Shown here in pieces: positions 40,546 through 49,693 of a DNA stretch of 64,000 nt; within the stretch, counting starts at the first letter, position 1, and each line of letters begins with the position of its first letter. This DNA comes from Eubacteriales bacterium. GTDB taxonomy: Bacteria > Bacillota > Clostridia > Oscillospirales > CAG-382. A program made the position numbers and the translations under genes. Under the pieces are notes generated by a model. It saw only the letters and a program-made list of their open reading frames with translations, was not told where the DNA came from and did no database searches. The stretch is taken from the NCBI GenBank assembly GCA_045541355.1, contig JAZQIW010000111.1:2679-66678 (forward strand). Direction: 5' to 3'.

Positions 40546-43539
40546 ATGACAAAAAGAGCTTCTTATTACCTTATTAATCAGCCGCACATGGGTGAAAACT
40601 GGCATGACGGTGTAAGTTCATCCTGGGACTATGACGGCAGAGGTGCCGCAAAAAAAGATATAGACAGAGGTCCGTACAGCATCAGCAATATTTCCGGTGA
40701 ATTTCCGACTGCTCTTATCAGAGAGATGCAGGTTGCAAAGGAAGGCGTATTTACGCTTGAAAACAGCGTTGTCTTTACTGAAGGTTTTGACGGATTTATC
40801 ATGTCACTCTATGATGCAGACGATAATGACTTTATGAGAATTATAACAAAGGACGGATCTTTCCTTGCTCTTGGGGGATGTGATGAATATGTTACTCTTC
40901 TCAAGCCCGCAAGCACCCTCGGAAAGCATTGGTTTAACATTACCATTGATTTTGATCAGGAAACAATCACATATTACATCGACTCAATCTGGTGTGCAAC
41001 CCTTCCCATGCTTGCAAAAAGCTTCAAGTATTTGAAGGTGGGTACTCTCGGCACACACAAGGTCGGAGTAGAAATGTCGGGTCCTGTTGACCTGTATGCA
41101 AATTTTGCCCTTCACGACTCTTTCAAGCACTATCCCGAAGGCTCTGTTCCTTTTATGTGGAAAACAGAAGGAGACGTCTGTATCAATGCCGCCGACGAGC
41201 TTGTGTTAAAATCCGAAAACGCAAAAGCAGTCGCTTACAAAAAAATTGATTCCCAAAAAGGCAAGCTTCTCCTTGAAACCTATTATTTCAATTACATAAA
41301 CAACGGAAAAGCCTCCCTCGACATTATGCACGGCAATGAGGTTCTTTTCGGAATATCGACAAAGGGCGGAGATTTATATCTTAACGGCAAAAAGGTAAGA
41401 TATTTTCTCGACGAAATGTGGTACAGACTCCGCTTTGAAGTTGACACAAAAATCGGAACCGGAAAGTTTTCTGTTAACAACAAGGAACCTTTTGAGTTTA
41501 AATTTAACGCCAAAAGTATTGACGGCATAAAATACACTTCAGACGACGGTGCCGAACTGAGGATTGACAACATAAAGTTTGAAAGCATTATTGAATACGA
41601 AGACTATTGTCCAAAGCCTATTGTCCCGAAAGGCTATGGCGATTACAACATAGGCATAAATATGTGTTCTCTTTGGAGAACAGGCAACCATATCGGTTGG
41701 GACTGTATTACGGCATTTCCCGAAATAAAGCCGGTTCTCGGATACTATGACGAAGGCATTCCCGAGGTTGCAGACTGGGAAATAAAATTTATGGTCGAAA
41801 ACGGCGTTACTGCACAGTATTACTGCTGGTATTTAGGTCAGTACAGAGACGGTCCAATTAAGAAAACAAGGCTTTCCGATGCACTTGTTGACGGCTTTAT
41901 GAATGCAAAATACTCAGACATGATGCAATTTGGTATTATTTTTGAAGCAGCTGCAACTCCCGCTTCTCCCGAATCCTTCAAAAAATACATCGTCCCCTAC
42001 TGGATCGAAAATTTCTTTACCGACAAGCGTTATGCCAGAATCGGTAACAAGGCCGTTATATGCATATATTCACTTGACGGCATAGCCAACCGTTTTGGCG
42101 GTGTTGAAAAAGTAAAAGACTGCTTTGATTTTCTCAGAGAGCAGGTTAAAAAGGTAGGTTTTGAGGATCTTATCATATTCACAAACATGGAAATCAACGA
42201 AAGAGCGAAAGCAATGGGAGTTGATGCCTGTTATGTATACGGTTGGAATCGCCCCGGTAACAGCTGTGACTATCAGATTCAACAGCAACTCGCCAAAAAA
42301 TCAAATGAACACATTCTCCCCTTTATTCCCACTGCCAGCACAGGGTATAACAGACTTCCCTGGGACACGGAACGCTCGCCAGTAATTGAACCTTCGGAAT
42401 TCCGAAGACTTCTTCAGTATTACAAGGATGTTTCTCTTCCCGCCCTTAAAGACCAGCCCGACTGGATGCACAAATTCATAATGCTCTCCAACTGGAACGA
42501 ATACGGAGAGGGTACATACATTTCCCCCCATGCAGCTCATGGCTTCGGTCATCTTGAGGCTGTCAAAAAAGTATTTACCGACGGTCATGACGAGGGCGTA
42601 AAAATTAATTTCAAGCCTACGGCAAACCAATTAAAGAGGCTCTCCACCCTCTATCCTCAGGACAGAAGAACAATAAGATGTCATGATTCGGAAGAAAGAT
42701 CTAATAATATAACCTCACTTCCCGAAAGCTGTCTTGTGCTAGACATGAATCCGTCTCTTGGAAACTGGGAAACAGACCAGCTTGACATGGTTAAAACTGA
42801 TGGAACGCTTTTGGGTACTTCAAACAATACCGACGCTAAATTTTCATATGTCGGAAAGCTTGATATCCCCTGCATCACAGCAAACACGTTGAAGATTACA
42901 CTATATTCATCAGCGTCTGCGTTTTTATGCGTTTACTACACCACAAGTGACAATCCCAAGTGGGGTTCTGCCAACAAATCAGTAATAACAATCTTTGAAG
43001 GCAAGCACGAATACATTATACCCCTTACTTCGGGAACGAGAAGAGTGCGTTCCTATGTTGAACCGTCCGAGACATATACCGGAATCATTACCGGCATCAG
43101 AATAGACCCTTCAACTACGCCCGGCGTTACAAGCGAGCTATTTGACTGCGGTCTTTACAACGAGAGTGTTGACAAGCACGAGGGTCATCTATTCATTAAC
43201 GGAAAAGACATTGTTCTTGACAATGATTTTGTTGTGAAGAACGGTCACTTCATGGTTCCCATATTCCCCGAAAGATGCATACTTATGAGTCTCAATGCAT
43301 TCTACAAGTACAATGCTTCAAGTAAGTTACTTTCTATTTTTGCAAACAACCGTTCAATAGAATTTGAACTTGGTACGAGAAAAGCCAAAATCAACGGTGA
43401 AACAGTAAGTCTTGATGTAATCCCCTATTTTTACAACGGTCTTCCCATGGTTCCCATTGATCTGATTTGCGATGTGTTTGGATACAAGTTTGAATTCAAA
43501 AACAAAAACATTTTTATAACAACTCCTTTTGACAAATAA
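40546..43539 (+). CDS. Large multidomain protein: N-terminal lectin/LamG-like region, GH99-like/WbsX-like middle, C-terminal copper-amine-oxidase-N-like domain
   Basis: 997 aa from the ATG at 40546 (GAAAGGAAG RBS); the track start at 40507 lies inside the xpt terminator. The middle block is GYYDEGIPEVADWEIKFMVENGVTAQYYCWY. The C-terminal block is INGETVSLDVIPYFYNGLPMVPIDLI. No signal peptide is seen. Domain calls are from memory only. Confidence 0.45.
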   Translation: MTKRASYYLINQPHMGENWHDGVSSSWDYDGRGAAKKDIDRGPYSISNISGEFPTALIREMQVAKEGVFTLENSVVFTEGFDGFIMSLYDADDNDFMRIITKDGSFLALGGCDEYVTLLKPASTLGKHWFNITIDFDQETITYYIDSIWCATLPMLAKSFKYLKVGTLGTHKVGVEMSGPVDLYANFALHDSFKHYPEGSVPFMWKTEGDVCINAADELVLKSENAKAVAYKKIDSQKGKLLLETYYFNYINNGKASLDIMHGNEVLFGISTKGGDLYLNGKKVRYFLDEMWYRLRFEVDTKIGTGKFSVNNKEPFEFKFNAKSIDGIKYTSDDGAELRIDNIKFESIIEYEDYCPKPIVPKGYGDYNIGINMCSLWRTGNHIGWDCITAFPEIKPVLGYYDEGIPEVADWEIKFMVENGVTAQYYCWYLGQYRDGPIKKTRLSDALVDGFMNAKYSDMMQFGIIFEAAATPASPESFKKYIVPYWIENFFTDKRYARIGNKAVICIYSLDGIANRFGGVEKVKDCFDFLREQVKKVGFEDLIIFTNMEINERAKAMGVDACYVYGWNRPGNSCDYQIQQQLAKKSNEHILPFIPTASTGYNRLPWDTERSPVIEPSEFRRLLQYYKDVSLPALKDQPDWMHKFIMLSNWNEYGEGTYISPHAAHGFGHLEAVKKVFTDGHDEGVKINFKPTANQLKRLSTLYPQDRRTIRCHDSEERSNNITSLPESCLVLDMNPSLGNWETDQLDMVKTDGTLLGTSNNTDAKFSYVGKLDIPCITANTLKITLYSSASAFLCVYYTTSDNPKWGSANKSVITIFEGKHEYIIPLTSGTRRVRSYVEPSETYTGIITGIRIDPSTTPGVTSELFDCGLYNESVDKHEGHLFINGKDIVLDNDFVVKNGHFMVPIFPERCILMSLNAFYKYNASSKLLSIFANNRSIEFELGTRKAKINGETVSLDVIPYFYNGLPMVPIDLICDVFGYKFEFKNKNIFITTPFDK

Positions 43540-43549
43540 GTTATTATTT

Positions 43550-43575
43550 AAGCCGCGGTCGTATAACCGCGGCTT
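43550..43575. terminator. Hairpin between convergent genes
   Basis: AAGCCGCGGT-CGTATA-ACCGCGGCTT, a 10-bp stem with weak T-runs. Confidence 0.5.
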
Positions 43576-43578
43576 TCA

Positions 43579-44379
43579 TTATATTTGAAGAATTTCCTTG
43601 GCATTAAGGCTGAAAATCTTATGGAGGTCATTGGAATCAAGACCAAGGGACAAAAGCTTTTGTTTTGAGTGATTTACCGTTCCCCAGGGCATATCGCTTC
43701 CGAACAAAACATGGTCTATTCCGACATTTTCAATAATCTTCAGTGCAGAATCATTGCCTATTACACCAACCGTATTAATCATTGAGGTATCAACATACAT
43801 ATTTTCATGGCATTTCAGAACCCTTCCCGCCTCATCCCACATATCATATCCGCCCATATGTGCACACACAAAGCGAGTATCGGGAAACATTTCGCAAAGG
43901 TCATTAAGTTTTTTGGGGTCTGAGTGATACGGCGGTTTATATGCAACATCAGCACCCGTATGAAGCAGCACTATAAGACCGAGTCTTCCGCATTCTTTAT
44001 ATGTTGCATACATTCTCTCATCCAATATATCAAACCACTGATACTCGGGGTGAAGCTTTATTCCTTTTATGCCTGCATCATTAAGCCGCCCAATTTCATA
44101 AAGAGAAGTCCCGCTTCCGGGAAACACAGAGCCAAATGGAACGAAGCTTTTATCCTCAAGCAATGATATCGCAAAATTATTTACGTTTGTCTCCTGTTCG
44201 GGTTTTGTAGCAATAGAAAGAACAACGGAAATATCAACTCCGTCTTGGTTCATTTTCTCAATCAAATCCGATGCAGTTCCGGTACCGTAAGGTTTAATAT
44301 TTCCCTTTTCAGAGAGTGACGATATTGCTCTCTGTGCAATTTTATCGGGAAAAGCATGGGTATGAAAATCAATCAGCAT
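43579..44379 (-). CDS. Amidohydrolase-family (TIM-barrel metal-dependent) hydrolase
   Basis: 266 aa with the N-terminal MLIDFHTHAFP (HxH) motif plus later His and Asp residues (..CAHMGG.., ..FGSDMPW..). Confidence 0.7.
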   Translation of the reverse strand: MLIDFHTHAFPDKIAQRAISSLSEKGNIKPYGTGTASDLIEKMNQDGVDISVVLSIATKPEQETNVNNFAISLLEDKSFVPFGSVFPGSGTSLYEIGRLNDAGIKGIKLHPEYQWFDILDERMYATYKECGRLGLIVLLHTGADVAYKPPYHSDPKKLNDLCEMFPDTRFVCAHMGGYDMWDEAGRVLKCHENMYVDTSMINTVGVIGNDSALKIIENVGIDHVLFGSDMPWGTVNHSKQKLLSLGLDSNDLHKIFSLNAKEILQI

Positions 44380-44381
44380 AT

Positions 44382-44933
44382 CTATTTCCTTTCGACAACA
44401 CTCGAACGGTTATAAAATTTCAAGGTGTCAATGAGTCTTTTACATGAACTGAACACAATTGCAGTATTTGCATTCTTTATGCTCTTATCCTTTATATAAA
44501 GGCAATACATATATTTACTGTCTCGCCTGCAGGCAAGCACAAGCTTATCAGCTTTGAGAACGGATTTTTGCAAATCTGACAATAAGTCAACAGGAAAAAT
44601 TCGTTCGGCATCCGAAACTCTCACCGACAAAAGCTTCTTTCTCCATCTTCTGCCATATATTATCTCAACAGTCATTTCACCTGAAGAAACCGTATACTCA
44701 AACTCACGCTTTGTAAGTCTGAACACTACTATTTCAACAAACACAAGCAGTACAAGCCAAATAAAAAAAATCTGAGGTACAAATGAAAGCATTGCAAACA
44801 GAAATGCACACAAAATCACACCTAAAATCACAGACACTGTTCTTAATGCAATTATTTTTCCCGAAGCATATCCGTCAACAAGGTATTCACAGTAACCCGG
44901 ACTGTAAAAATCATCTGAATTAACCCTATCCAT
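44382..44933 (-). CDS. Hypothetical two-TM membrane protein
   Basis: 183 aa with a TM hairpin (VSVILGVILCAFLFAMLSF / IFFIWLVLLVFVEIVVF) followed by a basic soluble domain. Its stop lies 2 nt before the amidohydrolase start. Confidence 0.45.
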   Translation of the reverse strand: MDRVNSDDFYSPGYCEYLVDGYASGKIIALRTVSVILGVILCAFLFAMLSFVPQIFFIWLVLLVFVEIVVFRLTKREFEYTVSSGEMTVEIIYGRRWRKKLLSVRVSDAERIFPVDLLSDLQKSVLKADKLVLACRRDSKYMYCLYIKDKSIKNANTAIVFSSCKRLIDTLKFYNRSSVVERK

Positions 44934-45033
44934 ATATTTCTCCTATTTTCACAATATATGCTACTTTACAATCTTTTTTTTAACTGGTATTATACAAAAA
45001 TGAATGTAAATGTTAAAACATTATCAATTTGAC

Positions 45034-45062
45034 TTGAAAAAAAACTTTTAATAATGTATAAT
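45034..45062 (+). promoter_or_regulatory. Sigma-A-type promoter for the ACT/UPF0210 operon
   Basis: TTGAAA, 17-nt spacer, TATAAT. Confidence 0.5.
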
Positions 45063-45096
45063 CAAAACAAAGTAACACAAAGAAAGGATAGTTGAT

Positions 45097-45366
45097 ATGA
45101 AGGCAGTAATTACAGTAACAGCAAAGGATGCAAAAGGCATTATTGCCAAGGTTAGCACCAAGATTTTTGAATACGGTGCCAACGTTCTTGACATTTCGCA
45201 AAGTCTTGTCGGAGAATATTTCGCCATGATTATGCTTATAGAAATGGACGAAAAAGAAAAGAAATTCCTCGCACTTTCAGATGCTCTTAAAGAGCTTGGA
45301 GACAAAGAAAATCTCAAAATTCAGGCAATGCATGAGGATATTTTCAACTCCATGCACAGAATTTAA
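45097..45366 (+). CDS. ACT-domain protein (UPF0237 family)
   Basis: 89 aa. [35 protein letters not shown] is the typical ACT beta-alpha-beta start. Confidence 0.8.
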   Translation: MKAVITVTAKDAKGIIAKVSTKIFEYGANVLDISQSLVGEYFAMIMLIEMDEKEKKFLALSDALKELGDKENLKIQAMHEDIFNSMHRI

Positions 45367-45380
45367 AAGAGGTCTGCTAT

Positions 45381-46739
45381 ATGATTAACACAAAAGATAT
45401 TTTAGAAACAATAAGCATGATTGAGGAAGAACATCTTGATGTACGTACCATTACTATGGGTATCTCTCTTCTCGATTGTGCCGCAGGTACTGCCAAAGAA
45501 ACCTGCGAAAACATATACAACAAAATAACAGAATACGCCAAGGATCTTGTCAAAACAGGTGAAGACATTGAAAAGGAATACGGTATTCCCATTATTCACA
45601 AGCGTATTTCAATTACTCCGATTTCATTAATCGGCGGTCTTAACACCAAGGACGACTATATTCTTGCGGCAAAAACTCTTGACAGTGCAGCAAAAACCGT
45701 AGGAGTAAACTTTCTCGGTGGCTTCTCCGCCCTTGTTCAAAAGGGTTTGACAAACAAGGATCTTGCGTTTTTTGAGGCAGTACCTGAGGCTCTTGCTCAG
45801 ACTGAGCGCGTATGCTCCTCGGTTAATGTCGGCTCAACGCGCACCGGCATTGATATGGATGCTGTTAACAAGTGCGGTCACATAGTAAAAGAACTTGCTT
45901 ATCTTACTCGCGACAACTATTCTATCGGTTGTGCAAAATTCGTTGTCTTTGCAAATGTGCCGGAGGACAATCCATTCATGGCGGGTGCCTTTCACGGTAT
46001 CGGTGAGCCTGAAGTGGAAATTAATGTCGGAGTTTCGGGTCCCGGTGTTGTAAGAGCAGCTATCGAAAAAGCCGGAAACTGCAATCTTTCTGAGCTTGCT
46101 GACATCATAAAGAAAACAGCCTTCAAGGTTACACGTATGGGACAGCTTGTTGCCTGTGAAGCATCAAAAAGGCTTGGTGTTCCCTTTGGTATCGTTGACC
46201 TCTCTCTTGCCCCGACTCCCGCTGTCGGAGACTCGGTTGCACAGATTTTGGAGGCCATGGGCGTTGAACGTTGCGGTACACATGGAACAACCGCAGCTCT
46301 CGCTATGCTGAATGATGCGGTAAAGAAGGGCGGTGCCATGGCTTCCAGCCACGTTGGCGGTCTTTCTGGTGCTTTTATTCCGGTTTCCGAAGATCAGGGC
46401 ATGATTGATGCAGTAAAGCTTGGCGCGCTTTCAATTGAAAAGCTTGAGGCAATGACCTGCGTATGCTCTGTTGGTCTTGACATGATTGCAATTCCCGGTG
46501 ATACCCCTGAAGAAACTATCTCGGCTATAATCGCTGACGAGGCAGCTATCGGTATGATTAACAATAAAACAACAGCAGCTCGTCTTATCCCCGCTTACGG
46601 CAAGAATGTGGGCGATATGGTTGAGTTCGGCGGTCTTCTCGGATACGCCCCCATTATGCCTGTGAACAAGTTCGGCTCTGAAAAATTTGTTCTTCGCGGT
46701 GGCAGAATTCCTGCCCCCATCCATAGCCTAAAGAACTAA
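45381..46739 (+). CDS. UPF0210/DUF711 (PFL-like) family protein
   Basis: 452 aa. The N-terminus [18 protein letters not shown] and the pairing with the ACT gene are typical of this conserved family of unknown function. Confidence 0.8.
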   Translation: MINTKDILETISMIEEEHLDVRTITMGISLLDCAAGTAKETCENIYNKITEYAKDLVKTGEDIEKEYGIPIIHKRISITPISLIGGLNTKDDYILAAKTLDSAAKTVGVNFLGGFSALVQKGLTNKDLAFFEAVPEALAQTERVCSSVNVGSTRTGIDMDAVNKCGHIVKELAYLTRDNYSIGCAKFVVFANVPEDNPFMAGAFHGIGEPEVEINVGVSGPGVVRAAIEKAGNCNLSELADIIKKTAFKVTRMGQLVACEASKRLGVPFGIVDLSLAPTPAVGDSVAQILEAMGVERCGTHGTTAALAMLNDAVKKGGAMASSHVGGLSGAFIPVSEDQGMIDAVKLGALSIEKLEAMTCVCSVGLDMIAIPGDTPEETISAIIADEAAIGMINNKTTAARLIPAYGKNVGDMVEFGGLLGYAPIMPVNKFGSEKFVLRGGRIPAPIHSLKN

Positions 46740-47027
46740 CTTACTTTTTTCTTTACTAAAAAGAAAAAAGTAAGCAAAAAAGAAAAGAACTTAGCACCTT
46801 TTCGCCTTTACAATAAAACACATCACAGTTGCTCAAGTTTTGCCAATCCCTTGCACCAAACAACGGCGCAAGGGATTTTTAATACCTTAGTTATTTCTCT
46901 TTACTGAAAAGAAAAAAGTAAGCAAAAAAGAAAAGAACTTAGCACCTTTTCGCATTTATGATATAACACATCACAGTTGCTCGAGTTTTGCCAATCCTTT
47001 GCACCAAACGACGGCGCAAGGGGTTTT
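46740..47027 (+). repeat. Two-copy tandem direct repeat (~146-148 bp period), each copy ending in a terminator-like hairpin
   Basis: Core 46751-46880 versus 46899-47027 shows 9 substitutions and no indels by hand alignment. Each copy ends in AATCCCTTGC..GCAAGGGATT followed by T's (copy 2 has G-U wobbles). Copy 1 begins with the hairpin CTTACTTTTTT-13 nt-AAAAAAGTAAG. Confidence 0.9.
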
Positions 47028-47065
47028 GACTTTCATTGTATATCATAGTTAACATATATTTCTTA

Positions 47066-47094
47066 TTGTCAACAAACACCTATACTGATATAAT
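47066..47094 (+). promoter_or_regulatory. Sigma-A-type promoter for the hexapeptide-repeat gene
   Basis: TTGTCA, 17-nt spacer, TATAAT. Confidence 0.55.
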
Positions 47095-47141
47095 AATATA
47101 GACATTATGATTTTGCTTTCGAGTACGAAAGGAGAATACAT

Positions 47142-47804
47142 ATGCAAATATTGACAAAGGACTTATTAGATTTGAGCAAAACCATCGGAGGGTCTTATCT
47201 TAATGGCTTCGACAATCCATGGAAAGCTCTTCGTGGAATTAATGATTACATAATACAACTTGGAAACACATTATCGAAGCAGAACTTCACTCTTGTCTCG
47301 GAAAACATATGGATTTCAAAAAATGCCGACATTTCAAAAAGTGCCTCCATCACAGGTCCCTGTATCATTGACGAAGGTGCTGAAATCCGTCACTGTGCTT
47401 TTATCAGAGGCAGTGTTATAATTGGTAAAGGCACAGTCATCGGCAACTCAACCGAGCTTAAAAACTGCATTTTGTTTGACGGTGTTCAAGTACCTCATTT
47501 CAATTACATCGGCGACAGTATTCTTGGTTACAAGTCACATTTTGGTGCAGGTTCTGTTACAAGTAATGTTAAGAGCGACAAAAGCCTTATATCAATCAGA
47601 ACGGAAAACGAGGTTATCAAAACCGAGCAAAAAAAGTTTGGTGCCATAGTAGGTGATTTTTGTGAAATCGGATGCAACAGTGTGCTTTGCCCGGGAACAA
47701 TTCTCGGCAGAAATGTAACAATATATCCCTCAAGCATGGTCAGAGGATATATTCATGAAAACTCGATTTACAAAAGCAGTAACGCCATAGTTACAAAGCA
47801 ATGA
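47142..47804 (+). CDS. Left-handed beta-helix (hexapeptide-repeat) protein, GlmU C-terminal-like
   Basis: 220 aa with repeated [LIV]G..[ST]..[LIV] hexapeptide turns (IIGKGTVIGNSTELKNCILFDGVQV..IGDSILGYKSHFGAGS). A GAAAGGAG RBS is present. Confidence 0.6.
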   Translation: MQILTKDLLDLSKTIGGSYLNGFDNPWKALRGINDYIIQLGNTLSKQNFTLVSENIWISKNADISKSASITGPCIIDEGAEIRHCAFIRGSVIIGKGTVIGNSTELKNCILFDGVQVPHFNYIGDSILGYKSHFGAGSVTSNVKSDKSLISIRTENEVIKTEQKKFGAIVGDFCEIGCNSVLCPGTILGRNVTIYPSSMVRGYIHENSIYKSSNAIVTKQ

Positions 47805-47808
47805 AAGA

Positions 47809-47834
47809 GCCCCGATGTCAACAGGCATCGGGGC
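47809..47834. terminator. Hairpin between convergent genes
   Basis: GCCCCGATG-8 nt-CATCGGGGC. A T-rich tract follows on the minus strand only. Confidence 0.5.
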
Positions 47835-47879
47835 ACGACTATAAACATTGAGCTGAATACAAATAACTATATGTACAGA

Positions 47880-48317
47880 TTACTGCTTATCCTTAAGAAG
47901 GTCTCTGATTTCAGCAAGGAGAAGCTCTTCCTTTGTGGGTTCAGGCTCAGCTGCGGGAGCTTCTTCAACGGCCTCCTGCTTCTTACGAAGATTCTTTGCT
48001 GAGTTAATTGCCTTTACAAACACAAAAACAGCAAGTGCAATAATGATAAAATCAATTATAAACTGAATGAAGAGACCGTATCTGATAGCATTTTCAGCCA
48101 CAACCTCGACACCTTCTTCAATCACTGCGGGAGTAAGCACATACTTAAGGTCAGAAACGCTTACACCGCCTGTAAGCATACCCACAACAGGCATAATTAC
48201 ATCCGCAACGAGTGATTTTGTGATGTTACCGAAAGCTGTTGCGATAACAACACCGACTGCCATATCAACAACATTACCCTTGTTGATAAATTCCTTAAAT
48301 TCCTTGAAAAACTTCAT
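47880..48317 (-). CDS. mscL: Large-conductance mechanosensitive channel
   Basis: 145 aa from the ATG at 48317 (GGAGAA RBS). The N-terminus FKEFKEFINKGNVVDMAVGVVIATAF is canonical for MscL. Confidence 0.9.
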   Translation of the reverse strand: MKFFKEFKEFINKGNVVDMAVGVVIATAFGNITKSLVADVIMPVVGMLTGGVSVSDLKYVLTPAVIEEGVEVVAENAIRYGLFIQFIIDFIIIALAVFVFVKAINSAKNLRKKQEAVEEAPAAEPEPTKEELLLAEIRDLLKDKQ

Positions 48318-48333
48318 GATAAATTCTCCTTTT

Positions 48334-48891
48334 TTATTTATTATAAACCTCTGGTTTAAGAACTCCGACATAAGGCAGGTTACGGTAAAGCTCATTATAA
48401 TCAAGACCGTAGCCAACTATAAATTCATCGGGAATAATAAAGCCCTGATAATCTATTTTTACATCCTTTTGGCGTCTTTCAGGCTTATTGAAAAGTGCGC
48501 AAAGCTTGACATCATGCGCATTAAGCACTGTCTTTAAATGGTTAAGAAGCCAGGAAAGCGTATTTCCCGTATCAAGTATATCCTCAATAACAACAACATT
48601 ATATTCGGACAAATCCATAATATCAGGATTTGATTTGAGAGAAATAACGCCGGAGGACTCAGTTCCGCTGGCATAAGAGGACACTTTGACAAAGTCAATC
48701 TCTGCCTTAAGATTAAATTCCTTCATAAGGTCTGACATAAAAACAACTGCACCTTTAAGTGTACACATAAGAAGCACCTTTTTATCGGAATCTTTAAAGT
48801 CATTCTCCATTTCTCTTGCAATTCTCTTTACGGCACCCGCAATTTCTGCTTCGGAAACAAGTACCTTCGCTATATCATTTTCGTATGTCAT
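48334..48891 (-). CDS. hpt: Hypoxanthine phosphoribosyltransferase
   Basis: 185 aa with the PRPP loop VVVIEDILDTGNTL and the C-terminal DEFIVGYGLDY block. Confidence 0.9.
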   Translation of the reverse strand: MTYENDIAKVLVSEAEIAGAVKRIAREMENDFKDSDKKVLLMCTLKGAVVFMSDLMKEFNLKAEIDFVKVSSYASGTESSGVISLKSNPDIMDLSEYNVVVIEDILDTGNTLSWLLNHLKTVLNAHDVKLCALFNKPERRQKDVKIDYQGFIIPDEFIVGYGLDYNELYRNLPYVGVLKPEVYNK

Positions 48892-49628
48892 TGATTTGCC
48901 ATCCTTTCATTTCGTTCACGTTCTGCCTGTGAAAGACGAAGATAAACGGGATTTAATCTATCTGCATCAACAGACTCAGTCATATGGTTAAAAGCACATC
49001 TCGCGACACTTACAGCATCCTGCAAAACTCTGTCACAACGTGCAGTACATATTTTCATCTGCTCATATCCGAAAAGCTCACCGAAAAGCTTTTCGGCAAG
49101 ATATGCACCGTCTCCTACAAGAATTATCTTTCGTTTAGCATACTTTTGATAAAGCTCGTCAAACAAATCGTTGGCACTTATTGCCCTATCATCGCAAAGA
49201 CGTTTAATATTTCCTTTTCCGTCGGCAGTAAACAAAGCATTATAAAACTGATTTCTACGTGCATCCATACACGCACATATTACCGTATTACGGGCTTCGT
49301 CATCGGCATTATATGCCAGAGCTTCAAGTGCAGAAACGGGTACGCATTTCACCTTTTCATTTGCAAAAGCAAGTCCCTTTACAGTTGATATACCGATTCT
49401 TACTCCGGTGAATGAACCGGGACCGGCGCTGATTGCAAGGCAATCAACCTCTGAAAGCTGACGACCCGCATTTTTTAGACAAAACTCCACCATCGGCAGT
49501 ATGCTCTCGCTATGGGTAAGAGTGCTGTTAAGTGTAGATGTACTGATTGGAAAAACTTTGTTATCTTTTATTTCACAAAGAGATGCGGATGCAGTTTTTG
49601 CAGTAGTATCAAGTGATAAAATATACAT
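48888..49628 (-). CDS. tsaB: tRNA t6A biosynthesis protein TsaB
   Basis: 246 aa. The YeaZ-type N-terminus MYILSLDTTAKTASASL and the GPGSFTGVRIG motif are present. Confidence 0.85.
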   Translation of the reverse strand: MYILSLDTTAKTASASLCEIKDNKVFPISTSTLNSTLTHSESILPMVEFCLKNAGRQLSEVDCLAISAGPGSFTGVRIGISTVKGLAFANEKVKCVPVSALEALAYNADDEARNTVICACMDARRNQFYNALFTADGKGNIKRLCDDRAISANDLFDELYQKYAKRKIILVGDGAYLAEKLFGELFGYEQMKICTARCDRVLQDAVSVARCAFNHMTESVDADRLNPVYLRLSQAERERNERMANQ

Positions 49629-49693
49629 AAACTACCTCTTATTTTTTTAAAGAACAAAAAGGTCCATGCATCGGCACAGACCCCTTGGATTGA

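Noticed and set aside
46791-46971. Minus-strand 10-codon mini-ORFs in each repeat copy: MCFIVKAKRC at 46791-46823 and MCYIINAKRC at 46939-46971
   Set aside because: - The frame and stop are kept in both copies, and the four clustered substitutions fall inside them.
- However, there is no Shine-Dalgarno sequence upstream (AAACTTGAGCAACTGTG-ATG).
- The strong hairpin would lie 5' of the ORF, not 3'.
- Ten codons surviving in two 93%-identical copies is expected by chance.
- I keep it only as something ribosome profiling could test.
46740-47027. CRISPR array
   Set aside because: There are only two copies, the period is about 146 bp, and there is no short-repeat/unique-spacer organisation. No cas genes lie anywhere in the window.
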